Positions 60,972 through 64,000 of a stretch of DNA of 64,000 bases are shown here, piece after piece. Both the position numbers and the translations under genes were made by a program. The DNA comes from an uncultured Agathobaculum sp. (GTDB lineage: Bacteria > Bacillota > Clostridia > Oscillospirales > Butyricicoccaceae), in assembly GCF_934504345.1 (NCBI RefSeq), contig NZ_CAKSVR010000006.1; one strand, written 5' to 3'. How positions within the stretch are numbered: position 1 is the first letter of the stretch; each line of letters begins with the position of its first letter. The notes under the pieces are model-generated. The model saw only the letters and a program-made list of their open reading frames with translations, was not told the DNA's origin and searched no databases.

Positions 60972-61114
60972 GTAGGGCGGGATGACCTCATCCCGCCGCA
61001 TTTAACGATATGCACCCGATTTACAACGGTGGGGTGGGGTCACCCCGCCCTACATGACAGTTCGCAGATGGATGCAGCCGGTATATGCGGCGCGCCGAGG
61101 TTGTCGCGCCCTAC
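60972..61114. repeat. Cluster of three REP-like units (GTAG/CTAC tetranucleotide adjoining a GC-rich hairpin)
   Basis: GTAG+GGCGGGATGA-CC-TCATCCCGCC (60972-60997, +). GGGG-TCA-CCCC..GCC+CTAC (61031-61053, inverted). GGCGCG..CGCGCC+CTAC (61089-61114, inverted). Confidence 0.6.
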
Positions 61115-61133
61115 GGGACAATGCGTGCTGAAA

Positions 61134-62303
61134 TTACGGCAGGTGGATAATCTCCACGCCCTTAACCGCCTCGTCTACGAGCGCTTCGACATCGAGGTGG
61201 CTCTCCGCCTCGAGGATCTTCGGCATCTTGGGCTTGGTATTCGGGTGCTTGGGAGTGAATACAGTGCAGCAGTCCTCATAGGGGAGGATGGAGGTTTCGA
61301 AGGTGTCGATCTTACGGGCGATCGTGACGATTTCCTCCTTATCCATGCCGATGCACGGACGGAATACGGGCAGCTCGCACACTGCGCCGGTAACGGCCAT
61401 GGCGGGCATGGTCTGGCTGGCCACCTGACCGAGCGACTCGCCGGTGATGAGCGCACCGCAGCCGTACTCAACGGCTACACGCTCGGCAATACGCATCATA
61501 AAGCGGCGCATGATGAGCGTGAACAGCTCCTCGTGGCACTTGTCGCGGATCTCCTCCTGAATGTGGGTGAACGGCACGACCATGACGCTCATGCGGCCGC
61601 ACCATGCGGTCAGCTTGCGGCCGAGCTCGAGCACTTTCTCTTTTGCGCGCTCGGAGGTGTACGGATAGCTGAAAAAGTGGATGCCGCACAGCTCGAGGCC
61701 GCGCTTTGCCATCATCCAGCCCGCAACAGGCGAGTCGATGCCGCCGGAGAGCAGCAGCGCCGCGCGGCCGTTCGAGCCGATGGGCATACCGCCCGCACCG
61801 GGAACCGGACCGGCGTGAACGAAGGCGTACTTTTCGCGCATCTCAACGTGCACGGTCAGGTCGGGATGGTGCATATCCGGACGGACCTCCGGGAACAGGT
61901 CGGCCAGCTCGCCGCCAACGTGCTGGCTGATCTCGGTGGAGGTCATCGGGAATTTCTTGTCGCCGCGCTTGCTTTCGACCTTAAAGGTCTTTGCCGCCGC
62001 GAAATTGGGCGCAAGGTAGTCCTTTGCGGTCGCGATGATGCTCTCGAGGGTCTTTTCCGGGCACACCGCCGCGCGGGAGATGGTCGCGAAGCCGAATACG
62101 CGGCTTGCACACTCCATAACGGCATCGGCATCCGCATCATCCGGGATTTCAACATAAACGACCGACTGGCGCATGGTGATCTCACAGTCGGCAACGTGCG
62201 CCATGCGGCGCTTGAGGTTTTTCAGCAGACGGTCCTCAAAGGTCTTGCGGTTGAGTCCTTTCAGGACGATTTCGCCGCACTTGAGCAGTAATACTTCTTT
62301 CAT
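61134..62303 (-). CDS. thiI: tRNA 4-thiouridine(8) synthase ThiI (no rhodanese domain)
   Basis: THUMP N-domain and PP-loop LLLSGGIDSPVA. Confidence 0.94.
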   Translation of the reverse strand: MKEVLLLKCGEIVLKGLNRKTFEDRLLKNLKRRMAHVADCEITMRQSVVYVEIPDDADADAVMECASRVFGFATISRAAVCPEKTLESIIATAKDYLAPNFAAAKTFKVESKRGDKKFPMTSTEISQHVGGELADLFPEVRPDMHHPDLTVHVEMREKYAFVHAGPVPGAGGMPIGSNGRAALLLSGGIDSPVAGWMMAKRGLELCGIHFFSYPYTSERAKEKVLELGRKLTAWCGRMSVMVVPFTHIQEEIRDKCHEELFTLIMRRFMMRIAERVAVEYGCGALITGESLGQVASQTMPAMAVTGAVCELPVFRPCIGMDKEEIVTIARKIDTFETSILPYEDCCTVFTPKHPNTKPKMPKILEAESHLDVEALVDEAVKGVEIIHLP

Positions 62304-62321
62304 ATCGTTTCTCCTTGGTGG

Positions 62322-62708
62322 TTAGTTATTTATTTTGATAAATTCCTGTTCCTCGGCAGTCATCAGCGCGTCATGCTCGGCGCTGTCAGAGCCGAACGAG
62401 AGCCGGGTCTTGACAAAGCCGTCATCCGGCAGGATGAACACCTGCGCCAGATAGTTTAAGTAAACGTCCGCCATCATTTCCAGCCTGCTGTAATCGGTGT
62501 CCCACGGTACGAGCGACTGCGTGCCGACACTGACCGTGCCGTCCGCGCGGCGGTCGATCTTGACCGGCAGACTGCGCTCTTCCGCGCGTTTCTCGGCATT
62601 TTCCGGCAGGCCGTCGTAGAGGCCCTCCATCCAGAAGCGGCATTTGCCGTCATAGACGGCGAGCTTGTGCTCCGAGCCGTCCGGTTTTACGATAGTTTTG
62701 TATTCCAT
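62322..62708 (-). CDS. Hypothetical protein
   Basis: 128-aa ORF between the membrane protein and thiI. No motif recognised. Confidence 0.5.
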   Translation of the reverse strand: MEYKTIVKPDGSEHKLAVYDGKCRFWMEGLYDGLPENAEKRAEERSLPVKIDRRADGTVSVGTQSLVPWDTDYSRLEMMADVYLNYLAQVFILPDDGFVKTRLSFGSDSAEHDALMTAEEQEFIKINN

Positions 62709-62714
62709 GTAAGA

Positions 62715-63395
62715 TTAAACTCCTTGTTTTTCCTGTACTTCGATCTGTCCGCGTGCCGCAGAGACGATCACGCAGTATTTTTCGCTGTTCTTGTATGCGC
62801 GGAAGCCATAATATCCGAGCGGGTCTTTTTCTTCTGGCATGGTGCAGCCGATGCCGGTGTCGTCCGGCAGCGTAGTCCAAAAGGTGCCGCTAAACTCCAT
62901 TTTGAAGCGATACAGGTCGGTGTATCCGGCCTGTTCGACCAGCTTTTCTGCATTGGATGCGCTGATCGGATGAACAACCAGCAGAAAAGCACCTATCGTA
63001 ATCAGCATAGTTACCATAACTGTGACAGATACAGCAGGAACGGTTTTCAAAGGCAGTTTGGAGATGAGAACGATTACCGCAATACAGGTCAGCGCAAACC
63101 AGTATTCAAAGTGATACGGTTCTGTGATGAGAATAACCGGTATGCTGACTGCAATCACACAGCATAAAAGCTGATACAGCCGTATCCGCAGAAAGGCTGT
63201 CGGGTAGTTCCATTGAATTGCATAGTTCTGGTTATCAATGCTGGAACGAAGTGCAAATATGATATATACCGCACATATGGAACCGATAAAGAACGGATCT
63301 TGCAGCAGCATTCCATCATATACGGCAAAGTGCAGATAGAAGATTATCGCTGTACATACCAGACAAATCAACGTGTTTATAACCACTTTTCTCAT
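62715..63395 (-). CDS. Hypothetical membrane protein (about 5 TM + extracytoplasmic C-domain)
   Basis: Start at MRKVVINT (63395) with GGAGGT 6 nt upstream. Confidence 0.55.
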   Translation of the reverse strand: MRKVVINTLICLVCTAIIFYLHFAVYDGMLLQDPFFIGSICAVYIIFALRSSIDNQNYAIQWNYPTAFLRIRLYQLLCCVIAVSIPVILITEPYHFEYWFALTCIAVIVLISKLPLKTVPAVSVTVMVTMLITIGAFLLVVHPISASNAEKLVEQAGYTDLYRFKMEFSGTFWTTLPDDTGIGCTMPEEKDPLGYYGFRAYKNSEKYCVIVSAARGQIEVQEKQGV

Positions 63396-63442
63396 AACCC
63401 TACCTCCTCGCAATAATTCCTAACTACTAATTACTAATTAGT

Positions 63443-64000
63443 TTATCGACGGAACATTTTCGCGCCCTTTTTAACCGCTGCAACAAAGGCATCCACATCT
63501 TCCGTGGTGTTGAACGGTGCGAACGAAACGCGCAGTGCGCTGTCCGTGCGGGCTTTCGGCAGACCGAGCGCCTTGAGCACGCCGCTCTGCTTGCCCTTGG
63601 AGCACGCCGAGCCGCTGGAAATGTACACCTCGTCCCCCTCGAGAACGTGCAGCATGACCTCGCTCTTGCAGCCGGGCATGGAAAGATTGATAACGTGCGG
63701 AATATCGCCCGCGCCGTTTATCACCGCATCGGGCAGCTCGGCGGCCACCTGCCGGCGGAGATAGTCGGCCAGCGCCTGCACATGGGTGTAATCCTCGTCA
63801 AAGTGCGCCATGCGGATCTCGCACGCCTTGGCGAACGCCGCGATGTTCGGTACGGCCTCAGTGCCCGGGCGCATCCCGCGCTCCTGACCGCCGCCGAACG
63901 TCAGCGGAGGCAGGCGCAGGCCCTTTTTCACATACAGCGCGCCGATTCCCTTGGGTGCGCCGATCTTATGACCGGAAACGCTCATCAGGTCGCAGTTCCA
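63443..64000 (-). CDS. nifS: Cysteine desulfurase (NifS/IscS class), partial (N-terminus beyond window end)
   Basis: SVSGHKIGAPKGIGALYVKKG contains the PLP-lysine motif SxHK. The frame remains open to the window edge. Classic nifS-thiI neighbourhood. Confidence 0.88.
   Translation of the reverse strand, partial: WNCDLMSVSGHKIGAPKGIGALYVKKGLRLPPLTFGGGQERGMRPGTEAVPNIAAFAKACEIRMAHFDEDYTHVQALADYLRRQVAAELPDAVINGAGDIPHVINLSMPGCKSEVMLHVLEGDEVYISSGSACSKGKQSGVLKALGLPKARTDSALRVSFAPFNTTEDVDAFVAAVKKGAKMFRR

Overview
Visibly GC-rich Firmicutes/Clostridia chromosome segment, Oscillospiraceae/Ruminococcaceae-like by gene content, with the sporulation genes spoVT and spoIID present. The coding content is almost all housekeeping. 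It includes padR-DUF1700, ddl-murI-DUF1934-argS, an S41 protease, prmA-rsmE, a tRNA-Met/Glu/Val operon and an M16 peptidase pair. It also includes lgt, folD, rpiA, rplU-prp-rpmA-obg, a DMT transporter, a UPRT-like phosphoribosyltransferase plus codB, spoVT, dCMP deaminase, pth and secG. Further on come pyk, an LCP protein, a third M16 peptidase, ppk1/ppa, a MATE pump with a MerR regulator, a radical SAM protein, spoIID, the glgBCDAP glycogen operon, cinA, thiI and nifS. Genes run mainly on + up to about 41.4 kb and mainly on - from about 42.1 kb. The unusual material is non-coding. (1) Four type I toxin-antitoxin-like modules, three in tandem between folD and rpiA and one after a GIY-YIG/Nudix gene. 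Each has a 23-28 aa hydrophobic peptide missing from the ORF track, convergent consensus promoters and a shared terminator. (2) A multi-copy, very large nested-palindromic element (family A, 4 copies of about 290-750 bp) whose hairpins show compensatory changes and GTAG/CTAC-flanked REP-like modules. (3) A MITE-like 170-235 bp family (family B, 5 copies) with TTAAGG...CCTTAA ends. It brackets the PRT/codB genes and supplies the stop codons of codB and merR. (4) Smaller repeat families: C, a purine-rich family D, and a REP-like GTAG-hairpin cluster. (5) Recurrent hairpins that carry a consensus -35 hexamer in their loop. No CRISPR array, rRNA, integrase/transposase gene or recognisable defence operon was found. 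All functional statements about the repeats and small RNAs are inference from sequence only.
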